From positions 8,066 through 72,065 of the forward strand of contig CAZRDO010000003.1 of assembly GCA_964599225.1 (NCBI GenBank): a DNA stretch of 64,000 bases. The letters are read 5' to 3'. The translations under genes were made by a program, and so were the position numbers. The notes under the pieces were generated by a model. The model was not told where the DNA came from. It did no database searches and worked only from the letters and a program-made list of their open reading frames with translations. Of the stretch, positions 39,358-47,842 are shown one piece after another. Within the stretch, counting starts at the first letter, position 1, and every line of letters starts with the position of its first letter. The stretch is from an uncultured Candidatus Saccharibacteria bacterium (GTDB lineage: Bacteria; Patescibacteriota; Minisyncoccia; Phycocordibacterales; UBA9973).

Positions 39358-39897
39358 ATGAATATAAATGAGATTGTTAAAGCACCAAAATATTTCAAAG
39401 TTCATTTTGATGAGTCCTATGTAGGCATAGACGGTTATGATAGTGGCCGGGCATATCCAATTACATGTGATGGATTTACGTGCAATGTGTACGGTCTCTC
39501 GGAGGAAGAAGCAGTTACGTTTGATCCACATCGGTTAAGAGGCTTGTTGAGAGGTAGTCGTCTCATAGATATCCTCTGGGATGCACCTGATAGGGAAACC
39601 CTCATGAAAGAAATTGAGAATGATGAAAGGGTGAAAAGTGGAGTCTACAAGCTTGCTCGCTGGACATTAAACGGGCAAATTGAAGACATCCCAGCCTGTT
39701 CCAGAATGTACATTGATAAGAGCGATCCAGCCCTTTCAATTCTTTGCGGTAAGCCGAAGAATGAATTTAATGATGGATGTTTAGGAGGGTGCATTATCCA
39801 AGGTTATGACATTGAGGATGAGACATTAGAAGAGATCAAATGCCCACTTAAAAAAATGTGGGAAGAAAGATCTAAAAAGGCAAAAGTATCTGCATAA
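39358..39897 (+). CDS. Hypothetical Cys-containing protein
   Basis: Long ORF followed by a terminator at 39910-39940. Confidence 0.6.
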   Translation: MNINEIVKAPKYFKVHFDESYVGIDGYDSGRAYPITCDGFTCNVYGLSEEEAVTFDPHRLRGLLRGSRLIDILWDAPDRETLMKEIENDERVKSGVYKLARWTLNGQIEDIPACSRMYIDKSDPALSILCGKPKNEFNDGCLGGCIIQGYDIEDETLEEIKCPLKKMWEERSKKAKVSA

Positions 39898-39909
39898 AAA
39901 TAGGCTCAC

Positions 39910-39940
39910 AAAAATCCCTGCAAATTATGCAGGGATTTTT
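39910..39940. terminator. Intrinsic terminator
   Basis: AAAAATCCCTGCA-aatta-TGCAGGGATTTTT. Confidence 0.75.
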
Positions 39941-39998
39941 ATTTTAATTGACTCCTAATCTCATCTATGAGAATCTAAATTTAGAAAACCTTGTAGTT

Positions 39999-40319
39999 AT
40001 GGAAATCCCTGAATTATCCATGGAACGGCTCGTGCACATTATTGCTTCCATGGCGGGTTTCTATGGTAAGAGATGTGAAGCAGTCGTTAATTATGGATTG
40101 GATGAATGTTTTTTATTTCTTGGGCTAGAAGAAAAAGACGTTACCATTTATTATAATGAAATACAGTGTCTGGTTGATAATGACATACTTGAGCTTAGTT
40201 GTGGCTCCGATGAGCCAGGACACGAGACTGAGGTATATGTTTTAACAGATGAGGCGGAGGAAAAGATAAAAAAAATTCTAAAAAACAAAAAGGAATTTTT
40301 TTTAAAGAAACTTACCTAA
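39999..40319 (+). CDS. Hypothetical protein (possible winged helix)
   Basis: ORF followed by GGAGCT-tttc-AGCTCC-TTTTT terminator. Confidence 0.5.
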   Translation: MEIPELSMERLVHIIASMAGFYGKRCEAVVNYGLDECFLFLGLEEKDVTIYYNEIQCLVDNDILELSCGSDEPGHETEVYVLTDEAEEKIKKILKNKKEFFLKKLT

Positions 40320-40378
40320 CGGAGCTTTTCAGCTCCTTTTTCTTTTATAAAACCTAAAAATTAGCACCCAGGGTCTAA

Positions 40379-40417
40379 TTATTCCTCAGAGCTTCCACTC
40401 GAAGTTTGGATTTCACC
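40379..40417 (-). repeat. Orphan duplicate of the recA 3' end (12 codons plus stop)
   Basis: 34/39 identity to 42696-42734; encodes [12 protein letters not shown]. Confidence 0.9.
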
Positions 40418-40430
40418 TCGGTCTTTTAAA

Positions 40431-42689
40431 TTATAGTTTAATCTGTTTTAAAACTTTGTTAAAAAAAGTCTGGCCGTTTGTAGCTGAGCGCTCTTGTGTG
40501 GAAGATTCTTCAGGACTTCCATCAACAATTTGTATTATCTGTGTGTGAGGTTCAGACAAAGAACCTGAGTCTATATTTGTTGACGAAGCGGTGATCTCAT
40601 ACAGACCAGGTAGTGTACCTTTAGGGATCGTAATCCAGAATATCCACAGCGCGGTAGACGATGAACCATTGATATTAAATACAGTCTCATAGGAAGATAG
40701 ACCATCTTTTGTGAGCGGGGAGTCATACTCAATCTTAAAATTAAAACCTTGAGAAAAGCACTGTACTGGGTTTTGGTTTTTGATTGTGTATATCTCAATC
40801 AGTTTCTTATCATTTGCCGCAACCTCATTTGCATCAATTTTCACTGTCATTCCATCAAAAGGGATATTTTCAACATTCTCATTACCAACAGAGGTAAGAC
40901 TTATGAGCGCAGGCTCTGAACAGTCAGGTTCAGAGTAAGGATATGAGTCAATTCCAACATGGAATGTCACGTAGTCGTTACTTAGGTACTTTATATCTTT
41001 TTGTTTTGTTGGAAACTGTTCAGTAATATATTTGTCTGGTCCCTGGTGTATTTCCACAGAATCTATAACTAGATTATATGAAGGGTCTGAGAAACTATTT
41101 CCAGGGGATAGTGTTGATTTCTTTAGGTCATCACCCCAATCTTGAGTGCTTGGAAAAGCATCGAGTATTGAATTGTTTTTATAGAGTCTAAGACCTGGGT
41201 AATTGAGTGCTTGGTTACTAAGTGCCCCATCAAATCCTAGCGGATAGCGATATTCCAAGGAATATGGTGTCGGCACTACCGTTCCAGTGTCTGAAATAAA
41301 TGAAATAGTAGCTAAACGTTTATTAGATGATTTTTCCATTGGGTAGAGAGTGTATTCTCCTGGTCCAGTGATAGAGACAATATCCGTAGAGGGTATCCAG
41401 CCGAGCAAGGATTTACTCCATGCGTTAAAATGAAGTCCGTATTCACTTGAGCCCATGGTGTCGTACAGATTTCCATATTCAACCGTTGAGCAACCCGACT
41501 CGCCAAGCGTTGTGTTTCCACAATCAAAACCAGAAGAGTGACTTCTTCCAAGCAGGTGTCCAACTTCGTGTGTAAGCACACGATCAAGTGGAGTCCATGA
41601 GAATGGATGATATTGACTCCACGATATATTTTCTCCGTACCACCAACTACTTCCAACTGATGTCGCGAAGGAATCGCCAGAGGCATTGCCGAAGAAGTCT
41701 TCGGAATCTTCACAATTTTGGATGACGTAAGTGAAATCATATTCATCAAGATTAATTTCATTTGCAGTAATGTATGCTTGAAGTTCTGAGTCTGGGGCAA
41801 TGTTCCCCATGAGGCCACAGGTCTCACTATCACGATGTTCTGTAACCCAGCCATAAACCTCTCCAGCAAAAGTTGCTTTGCCATAAGATTGCTCTTCGAA
41901 GAATTTCGTGAAATTGCCATCAAAGATTCGTGTATAGGCGGTTTCAGAATCAAAGGGATTTGTAGTGGTGTCTTCATAATTTACAAGAAAGACTACCATT
42001 GTATATTCAGGCTTATCAACAATATCAAGTGTATGAACATGAGGGGCAGATATTGGTATAGGGTTTTTTTGGTTTGCGGTGGCGTCTTCAGTTTTTTTAT
42101 TTTGGCTGGTTATTTTGCCAATAAAAAATTCACCAATTTTGTGACCGGTTACGGTTACATTTTGATGTTCATCAATATCTTTAATTTCTGATCCAATATT
42201 TACAAATAAATACTCGCTCCCCGAATTAAGTATATATGAGGGCTCAGCATGTTCGCCTTTTGAAGGGAATGATTTGTCTTTGGTACTATGGATATGAATA
42301 GTGGAGAGAGCCCCTCCGACTGTAGATTCTGATTCGAGGAGATCAGAGAGGCTAGAAGGTATGGCTTGCAAAGTCTGCTTATCAAAAAGAAGAGAAGTGA
42401 ATTGAGTTGGAGAAGATCTTGCAATTTTTGCAAGATAGTAACGGCGTTCAATTAGTTTCTGACGAAGATTCGTTTCGTTCTGGACAGGGCTTTTAAGTAA
42501 GACCCCTATTTCTGCATTAATAGTTTGTGCTGATTCGACTAATTTTTTTGCTTCCACTGACACTATTTGTGCGGACTGAGTATTTTCTCGCAGGAGGGAA
42601 GGGAACTTAATTATAAAAAAGCCAAAAAACACAAGTACTGCTAGTGATGCAATTACTTTGAAAGTATCAAACTGATGATTATTTTGCAT
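40431..42689 (-). CDS. Membrane-anchored zinc metallopeptidase (M11 gametolysin/M6-like)
   Basis: HEVGHLLGRSHS, EYGNLYDTMG Met-turn, EQSYGK, K..LGWI, LEYR. Confidence 0.8.
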   Translation of the reverse strand: MQNNHQFDTFKVIASLAVLVFFGFFIIKFPSLLRENTQSAQIVSVEAKKLVESAQTINAEIGVLLKSPVQNETNLRQKLIERRYYLAKIARSSPTQFTSLLFDKQTLQAIPSSLSDLLESESTVGGALSTIHIHSTKDKSFPSKGEHAEPSYILNSGSEYLFVNIGSEIKDIDEHQNVTVTGHKIGEFFIGKITSQNKKTEDATANQKNPIPISAPHVHTLDIVDKPEYTMVVFLVNYEDTTTNPFDSETAYTRIFDGNFTKFFEEQSYGKATFAGEVYGWVTEHRDSETCGLMGNIAPDSELQAYITANEINLDEYDFTYVIQNCEDSEDFFGNASGDSFATSVGSSWWYGENISWSQYHPFSWTPLDRVLTHEVGHLLGRSHSSGFDCGNTTLGESGCSTVEYGNLYDTMGSSEYGLHFNAWSKSLLGWIPSTDIVSITGPGEYTLYPMEKSSNKRLATISFISDTGTVVPTPYSLEYRYPLGFDGALSNQALNYPGLRLYKNNSILDAFPSTQDWGDDLKKSTLSPGNSFSDPSYNLVIDSVEIHQGPDKYITEQFPTKQKDIKYLSNDYVTFHVGIDSYPYSEPDCSEPALISLTSVGNENVENIPFDGMTVKIDANEVAANDKKLIEIYTIKNQNPVQCFSQGFNFKIEYDSPLTKDGLSSYETVFNINGSSSTALWIFWITIPKGTLPGLYEITASSTNIDSGSLSEPHTQIIQIVDGSPEESSTQERSATNGQTFFNKVLKQIKL

Positions 42690-42695
42690 GAGTCT

Positions 42696-43748
42696 CTATT
42701 CCTCAGCACTTCCACTTGAGGTTTGGATTTCACCAAAGCGTTTGCGAATTTCTTTCATCAAGTAGTCAGTGATCTTTGGATTTGCGCGTAAGTGTTGGCG
42801 AGTTGCATCATAGCCCCGTTCAAGTTTCTGATCAGCTCCATCCTTATCAACATACGAGTACGAAGCGCCACTCTTTTTGACAATACCGATTTTCTCACCG
42901 AGCGCCATGAGCTCACCTTCGCGTGAAATACCTTCGCCGTAGATAATATCGAATTCAGTTTGCTTAAATGGTGCAGCAACTTTGTTCTTCACCACTTTCA
43001 CTCGTGTGCGGCCGCCGACGACTTCCTCACCTTTCTTGATTTGTGCAATGCGACGGATATCCATACGGATAGATGTGTAGAATTTGAGTGCCTTACCACC
43101 TGGGGTAGTTTCAGGATTACCAAACATCACACCAATCTGCATACGAATTTGGTTGATGAAGATCACAATGGTATTTGATTTGGAGACAATAGCAGTGAGC
43201 TTGCGGAGTGCTTGGGACATCAGACGTGCCTGCTTACCCATATGTTGCTGTCCCATATCACCTTCGATTTCATCTTTGGGAGTGAGTGCGGCGACCGAGT
43301 CGATGACGACGACGTCGATCTTGCCTGAGCGGACAAGTGACTCACAGATTTCAAGACCTTGCTCTCCTGTGTCAGGTTGAGAGATGAGAAGATCATTAAT
43401 ATTGACGCCTAAATTTTTGGTATAGACCGGATCCATAGCGTGCTCTGCATCGATGTAGGCACAGACACCGCCTTTCTTCTGTGCTTCAGCGACTATGTGA
43501 AGTGCGAGGGTCGTTTTACCAGAAGATTCAGGTCCATAGATTTCAATAATACGGCCACGGGGGACACCGCCGACGCCGAGCGCCATATCGAGTCCAAGTG
43601 AACCTGTCGGAATGACATCGATATCAACTTTGGGCGTGTCACCCATTTTCATAATCGAGCCTTCGCCGAATTTAGTTTGGATTGATTTAATGGTATCTTC
43701 GATTGCCATGTCCATGGTTTTGGCTGGCTTTGGTTGTTTTTTTATCAT
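42696..43748 (-). CDS. recA: Recombinase RecA
   Basis: [34 protein letters not shown]. Confidence 0.99.
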   Translation of the reverse strand: MIKKQPKPAKTMDMAIEDTIKSIQTKFGEGSIMKMGDTPKVDIDVIPTGSLGLDMALGVGGVPRGRIIEIYGPESSGKTTLALHIVAEAQKKGGVCAYIDAEHAMDPVYTKNLGVNINDLLISQPDTGEQGLEICESLVRSGKIDVVVIDSVAALTPKDEIEGDMGQQHMGKQARLMSQALRKLTAIVSKSNTIVIFINQIRMQIGVMFGNPETTPGGKALKFYTSIRMDIRRIAQIKKGEEVVGGRTRVKVVKNKVAAPFKQTEFDIIYGEGISREGELMALGEKIGIVKKSGASYSYVDKDGADQKLERGYDATRQHLRANPKITDYLMKEIRKRFGEIQTSSGSAEE

Positions 43749-43757
43749 AGTAGTAAG

Positions 43758-44168
43758 TTAGCTTTTAAGTACTCCGCTTCCTTCAGTATTCTCAAGTACT
43801 GACTCAATGTGTGGGGTGTACATGAATCTATAGGTCAGCACTTTTGTTTTACCCCAGCGATTTGAGGCACTGACGCTCAGTACATTATATCCCGAAAGTG
43901 GGGCAATGACATCAGCGAATGATCCGTCTGGAGAGAGGAGGACTTGGCGACCGTTTATATAGAGGGTGTTGACGCGCTCGGTAGTGCCAGAGAGTGGAAG
44001 TGTCGGTTCACTATACGTCATACCATTTTTGATATTTGAGAGGGAAACTGACATACCACGTATTGCAAGCGTTCCTCGAAAGTACGCATAGGCGATGACA
44101 ATCACAAACAGTAGACCAAGCGCCAGTGCACCGAGGCCAATTTTATGATGTTTAGTAATTGTCCACAT
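43758..44168 (-). CDS. Anchored Ig-like (glucodextranase-B-like) protein
   Basis: TM then LSG.T....LYING.....DGSF.......GYN.L.V.A. Confidence 0.65.
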   Translation of the reverse strand: MWTITKHHKIGLGALALGLLFVIVIAYAYFRGTLAIRGMSVSLSNIKNGMTYSEPTLPLSGTTERVNTLYINGRQVLLSPDGSFADVIAPLSGYNVLSVSASNRWGKTKVLTYRFMYTPHIESVLENTEGSGVLKS

Positions 44169-44170
44169 AC

Positions 44171-44205
44171 GAGTTAGTAAATAGTGAGTAGTAAATAGTA
44201 AATAG
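44171..44205 (-). repeat. 7-nt-period repeat before a start codon
   Basis: Minus strand CTATTTA CTATTTA CTACTCA CTATTTA CTAACTC gt ATG. Confidence 0.75.
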
Positions 44206-44210
44206 AAACA

Positions 44211-46400
44211 TCAGATAGTTCCAGAAATACCACCTGGGTCGATGTTATTCACCGGTTTCTCGAGCACTTCTCTTGGTTTGGCACCATAGCCTGGACCAAC
44301 TATACCTTTCTCTTCAAGCATATCAACAAGTCTCGCTGCGCGTGCGTATCCAACTCCAAGTTTACGCTGGAGGAATGATGTCGAAGCTTTACCTGCTTCA
44401 ATCACTGTCTGACGTGCTTCTTCGTACAGTTCATCGTCGTCATCATTGTCAACAGAGTCACTGAAGATTGTTTTGCCCTCAGAAATTGGTCCAGAGAGAA
44501 TAATTTCACTTGGTGGTTCGTCTTTGAATTGTGAAGCGATGAACTTCACGACACGCTTCACTTCTTCTTCTGAGATGTAGGCGCTTTGGAGACGTTCAGG
44601 ACTTGCCATATCACCGGCGAGGTAGAGCATGTCACCGGCACCGAGAAGTTTCTCCGCACCAGATTGGTCCAAAATTGTACGTGAATCAATTTGTGAAGAC
44701 ACCTGGAGGGCGATACGCGAAGGCACGTTGGCTTTGATGAGTCCGGTAATGACATTGACCGACGGACGTTGAGTGGAGAGGATGAGGTGGATACCGACTG
44801 CGCGCGCCATTTGAGCGAGACGCACGATTGCTGACTCAAGTTCCCGAGGATAGCTTTGCATAATATCTGCAAGTTCATCAATGACGACGACAATATAGGG
44901 GAGTGGATCGATTTCATCATCTGGTCCAGCCTTGCCACTGACATTGGTGTGGTATGAAATTAAATCGCGCACGGCATGCTCTTCTAAGAGTTGGTAGCGA
45001 CGTTCCATTTCTTTGGTTGCCCACTTGAGTGCGAGAATTGCTTTCTTGGCGTCAGTAATGACTGGGGTAAGGAGGTGAGGGATGCCGTTATAGAGGGTAA
45101 GTTCAACACGCTTCGGATCAACCATGATGAATTTAAGGAGTTCAGGTCCATTACGATAGAGAAGTGAGGTAATAATAGTATGAATGGTGACAGATTTACC
45201 TGCGCCAGTGGCACCGGCGACCAAGACATGGGGCATTTTGGCCAAATTGGCAAAACGAGCTTTACCGGAAATATTCTTGCCGAGTGCAATCGAAAGCACG
45301 GTGCCAGCACTGAAACCAGCTTCGCCGAGAAGTGTGCCGAGGCCAACGACTGACTTGGCGCGGTTGGGTACCTCAATGCCAACAAGTGATTTGCCGGGAA
45401 TTGGTGCTTCGATTCGAATTGGGTGAGCGGCAAGCGCAAGGCCAAGATCATTTTGAAGTGAGAGAATGCGAGAGAGCTTCACACCTTCAGCTGGCTTGAT
45501 GGCGTAACGAGTGACTGTGGGACCAGTTGTGATTTCATCCATCTCAACTTCAATGCCAAAGTTTGCGAGTGCACGTTTGATGATGTTGGCGTTGGCTTTG
45601 ATATCGCCGGTGTTAGGTTTACCCCGATCGTTTTCAAGGAGTGAGAGTGGTGGTGGGGTATAGGCTCCAAGCATCCGGCGGCGTGCTGGTGTAGGTACGA
45701 TATCGTCATCATGGCTCTCATCACGTGGTACTTCGATGGGTTCTGGCTCACGCATGGGTAGTGGAGCTGAGTTTGGAATCTCAGTTTTTGGGAGAGACTC
45801 TAGAGTAAGTGTATCTTCGGTAAGTCCAGAAATTTTCACTTCCTTCTCTAATTCATCATTTGATATTTTTTTCTTAAACAATTTTTCAAAGAATGCCTTA
45901 ATGCCAGGGATTGATGGGGTAGAGTCAAAAATGACCATAAGGGAGATAATGAAAAATCCGCAGAAGATAACCATACTGGCGATTGGCCCAAAAAGTTTGA
46001 GAAAGGGGATCGAAACAATATCTCCGACGACTCCACCAATTCCGTGTTCTCCCATCCCAATTTCAATAATACCGAGACCTGAGAGTTTAAAAATAATTGA
46101 TCCGATAATATGCGTGCGAGCAACTTTAGGGCGCTTATTATTCAAGAGTGAAATTCCTAGGAGTCCAAAGACGAGTGGTGCGAGGAAGAATCCAACACCA
46201 AAGAGTCCCTTCAAAATTCTGAAAACAAATTCTCCAGCAGGCCCGGCAAGATGGAGGGAAGAGAGAGCAAAAAAGATTGCAACTATAAACAACAATACTG
46301 CGTAGACATTTTGCCACGTTTTCTGTTCAAGGTGTCTGGTTGGCTCAGCTTCTCCGCGCTTACTCTTCTTGCGAGCATTCTCAGATTTTTTTTTCGCCAT
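44211..46400 (-). CDS. ftsK: DNA translocase FtsK/SpoIIIE
   Basis: 4-TM N-terminus, GPTVTRY, RIEAPIPGK, AGATGAGKS, DELAD, gamma domain LQRKL.VGYARAAR. Confidence 0.98.
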   Translation of the reverse strand: MAKKKSENARKKSKRGEAEPTRHLEQKTWQNVYAVLLFIVAIFFALSSLHLAGPAGEFVFRILKGLFGVGFFLAPLVFGLLGISLLNNKRPKVARTHIIGSIIFKLSGLGIIEIGMGEHGIGGVVGDIVSIPFLKLFGPIASMVIFCGFFIISLMVIFDSTPSIPGIKAFFEKLFKKKISNDELEKEVKISGLTEDTLTLESLPKTEIPNSAPLPMREPEPIEVPRDESHDDDIVPTPARRRMLGAYTPPPLSLLENDRGKPNTGDIKANANIIKRALANFGIEVEMDEITTGPTVTRYAIKPAEGVKLSRILSLQNDLGLALAAHPIRIEAPIPGKSLVGIEVPNRAKSVVGLGTLLGEAGFSAGTVLSIALGKNISGKARFANLAKMPHVLVAGATGAGKSVTIHTIITSLLYRNGPELLKFIMVDPKRVELTLYNGIPHLLTPVITDAKKAILALKWATKEMERRYQLLEEHAVRDLISYHTNVSGKAGPDDEIDPLPYIVVVIDELADIMQSYPRELESAIVRLAQMARAVGIHLILSTQRPSVNVITGLIKANVPSRIALQVSSQIDSRTILDQSGAEKLLGAGDMLYLAGDMASPERLQSAYISEEEVKRVVKFIASQFKDEPPSEIILSGPISEGKTIFSDSVDNDDDDELYEEARQTVIEAGKASTSFLQRKLGVGYARAARLVDMLEEKGIVGPGYGAKPREVLEKPVNNIDPGGISGTI

Positions 46401-46676
46401 AGATTCACATGATTATATCATGGAACAACGTATACAAATATTATTCAGATGATTATTATTTTGAATAAAATTGATATATGTTACATCAAGATTTTCCATA
46501 GTTTTATGAATGAAATCAGGATAGTTATTGGTTCGAGAACGAGGCCAGTAGACAGGTGTCAAAAGATGAGTCGCTTAGGCATAAAGTAGCAGTCAAGAAC
46601 TTGCAAAGGGATACTGTCCTATATATACTCTTGGTGTCTTTTAGGTTATTTTTTATTAAGGACAGAGATTTTTCAA

Positions 46677-47492
46677 ATGGACTTATATAAAAAAAATAAT
46701 GAAACTCTATCACAGGCTCCAGCTGGTAGTCTTAATTCTCCTTTGCTACATAAGGCTATTTCTAATAAGGACAGTGTCTTTTTAGAACAAAGGACACAAA
46801 AACTCTCTACTGCTATCCACATGGTTACGGATTCGTTACCAGAGACTGAGGCACTAAGACATGACCTGCGAGCAGTCAGTTTGAAACTATTGGGAGCTTC
46901 GTTCTCACTTGAACTTTCTTCTGGTGAATCCCAGGCCCTCCAATTCAAAGAGCTTGAAGTTGGAGTGAGGAATATCATGGCACTTGTAGAACTCGCCAAA
47001 ACAATTGGACTTATGGGCCAGATGAATGCAGACATCCTTTTGCAAGAACTCAAAAACATAGGATCATATGTACTTGAATATTCTAATCGAGCCACAAGAG
47101 AAAGTGGAGTACTCATTCGTACAGAGAAACTCATGGAGGTGTCACTTGAAGGCATGTTCCCAATATTCGAAAACAAAACCACTTTAATAGGACACGATTC
47201 TGGTCAAAAAGGACAGGTATTAAACACAGAATCATATAAAGGACATCAGGAATTAAATAAGAGATATCGGAACCCAAAACAGCTAGAAGTTGTCCTTAAG
47301 AGTGAGCGAAGAAGTGCGATACTTGGAGTCCTTAAAAATAAGGGAGAGATTAGTGTCAAAGATGCTTCAGAAGTAATAAAAGATTATAGTGAAAAGACAA
47401 TTCAGCGTGAACTTATAAGTATGGTTAGTGAAGGAATTTTGAATAAAATTGGCAATAAAAGGTGGTCAAAATATTCCATAAGGACAAAGTAA
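46677..47492 (+). CDS. Helical-bundle protein with C-terminal winged HTH (DeoR-like)
   Basis: C-terminus RRSAILGVLKNKGEISVKD......SEKTIQRELISMVSEGILNKIGNKRWSKY; helical N-terminal domain. Confidence 0.8.
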   Translation: MDLYKKNNETLSQAPAGSLNSPLLHKAISNKDSVFLEQRTQKLSTAIHMVTDSLPETEALRHDLRAVSLKLLGASFSLELSSGESQALQFKELEVGVRNIMALVELAKTIGLMGQMNADILLQELKNIGSYVLEYSNRATRESGVLIRTEKLMEVSLEGMFPIFENKTTLIGHDSGQKGQVLNTESYKGHQELNKRYRNPKQLEVVLKSERRSAILGVLKNKGEISVKDASEVIKDYSEKTIQRELISMVSEGILNKIGNKRWSKYSIRTK

Positions 47493-47517
47493 TTGTAAAG
47501 GACAGTTATGTAATTAA

Positions 47518-47561
47518 GACACATAAAAGGACATATAAATTTATATGTCCTTTTATGTGTC
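47518..47561. repeat. Perfect 44-bp palindrome
   Basis: GACACATAAAAGGACATATAAA|TTTATATGTCCTTTTATGTGTC. Confidence 0.95.
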
Positions 47562-47777
47562 CGTTTGAGTGTGAGCTAAATATTAAACAATACATTTATT
47601 TGTATTCTAGAGGCTCACACTGTAAGGGATTGGATCTTTACCCGTCATATTTGGTAGCCGATAGTGAGCTCTATTGGCACCATATTAGATCTATAGTTTG
47701 TAGTTGAGAGAGATTTGCGAGCCATCAAATTTAGCCATGATGAGGAAGTGGAGTGCTACAGCAATGTAGACCTCGAC

Positions 47778-47786
47778 TTATCCACA
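47778..47786 (+). promoter_or_regulatory. Consensus DnaA box
   Basis: TTATCCACA, 21 nt upstream of a -35; single copy. Confidence 0.4.
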
Positions 47787-47807
47787 AATTGCCACTTTTG
47801 TGTGAGT

Positions 47808-47836
47808 TTGCAAATCAATGCAATTATAGCTATACT
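47808..47836 (+). promoter_or_regulatory. Promoter of the S-layer-like gene
   Basis: TTGCAA-17 nt-TATACT. Confidence 0.65.
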
Positions 47837-47842
47837 AGCTCG

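Larger units (their letters stand above)
46615..47564. repeat. Dispersed array of AAGGACA/TGTCCTT heptamers
   Basis: 10 exact copies (46658, 46767, 46790, 47209, 47239, 47291-, 47480, 47498, 47527, 47546-) plus near-matches. Confidence 0.9.

Noticed and set aside
39153-39398. N-terminal extension of EF-P (274-aa ORF)
   Set aside because: EF-P homology starts at Met 39152; the extension overlaps the divergent gene and a hairpin element
36487-40319. Integron cassette array for the AT-rich orphan genes
   Set aside because: Flanking hairpins look like ordinary terminators without attC RYYYAAC/GTTRRRY ends, and there is no intI
40379-42734. recA-tail repeat as a DGR TR/VR pair or a prophage att site
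   Set aside because: Mismatches are mostly synonymous rather than A-specific, and no integrase or phage genes lie between the repeats
46677-47492. Diversity-generating retroelement (Avd-like domain)
   Set aside because: No reverse transcriptase and no TR/VR pair with adenine-specific mismatches seen
47518-47561. Protelomerase (telRL) or dif site
   Set aside because: No tyrosine recombinase or telomere resolvase in the window and no XerC/D-like arms; cannot be supported from this sequence
46615-47564. CRISPR array or iteron-type plasmid origin
   Set aside because: Units are only 7 bp, irregularly spaced, on both strands and inside an ORF; no cas or rep gene is present
47730-47772. RNase P RNA or tmRNA
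   Set aside because: GAGGAAGTGG does not match GAGGAAAGTCC; no P4 partner or tRNA-like ends found
47778-47786. Replication origin
   Set aside because: Only one perfect DnaA box, no dnaA/dnaN nearby, and the predominant gene orientation stays + across the window
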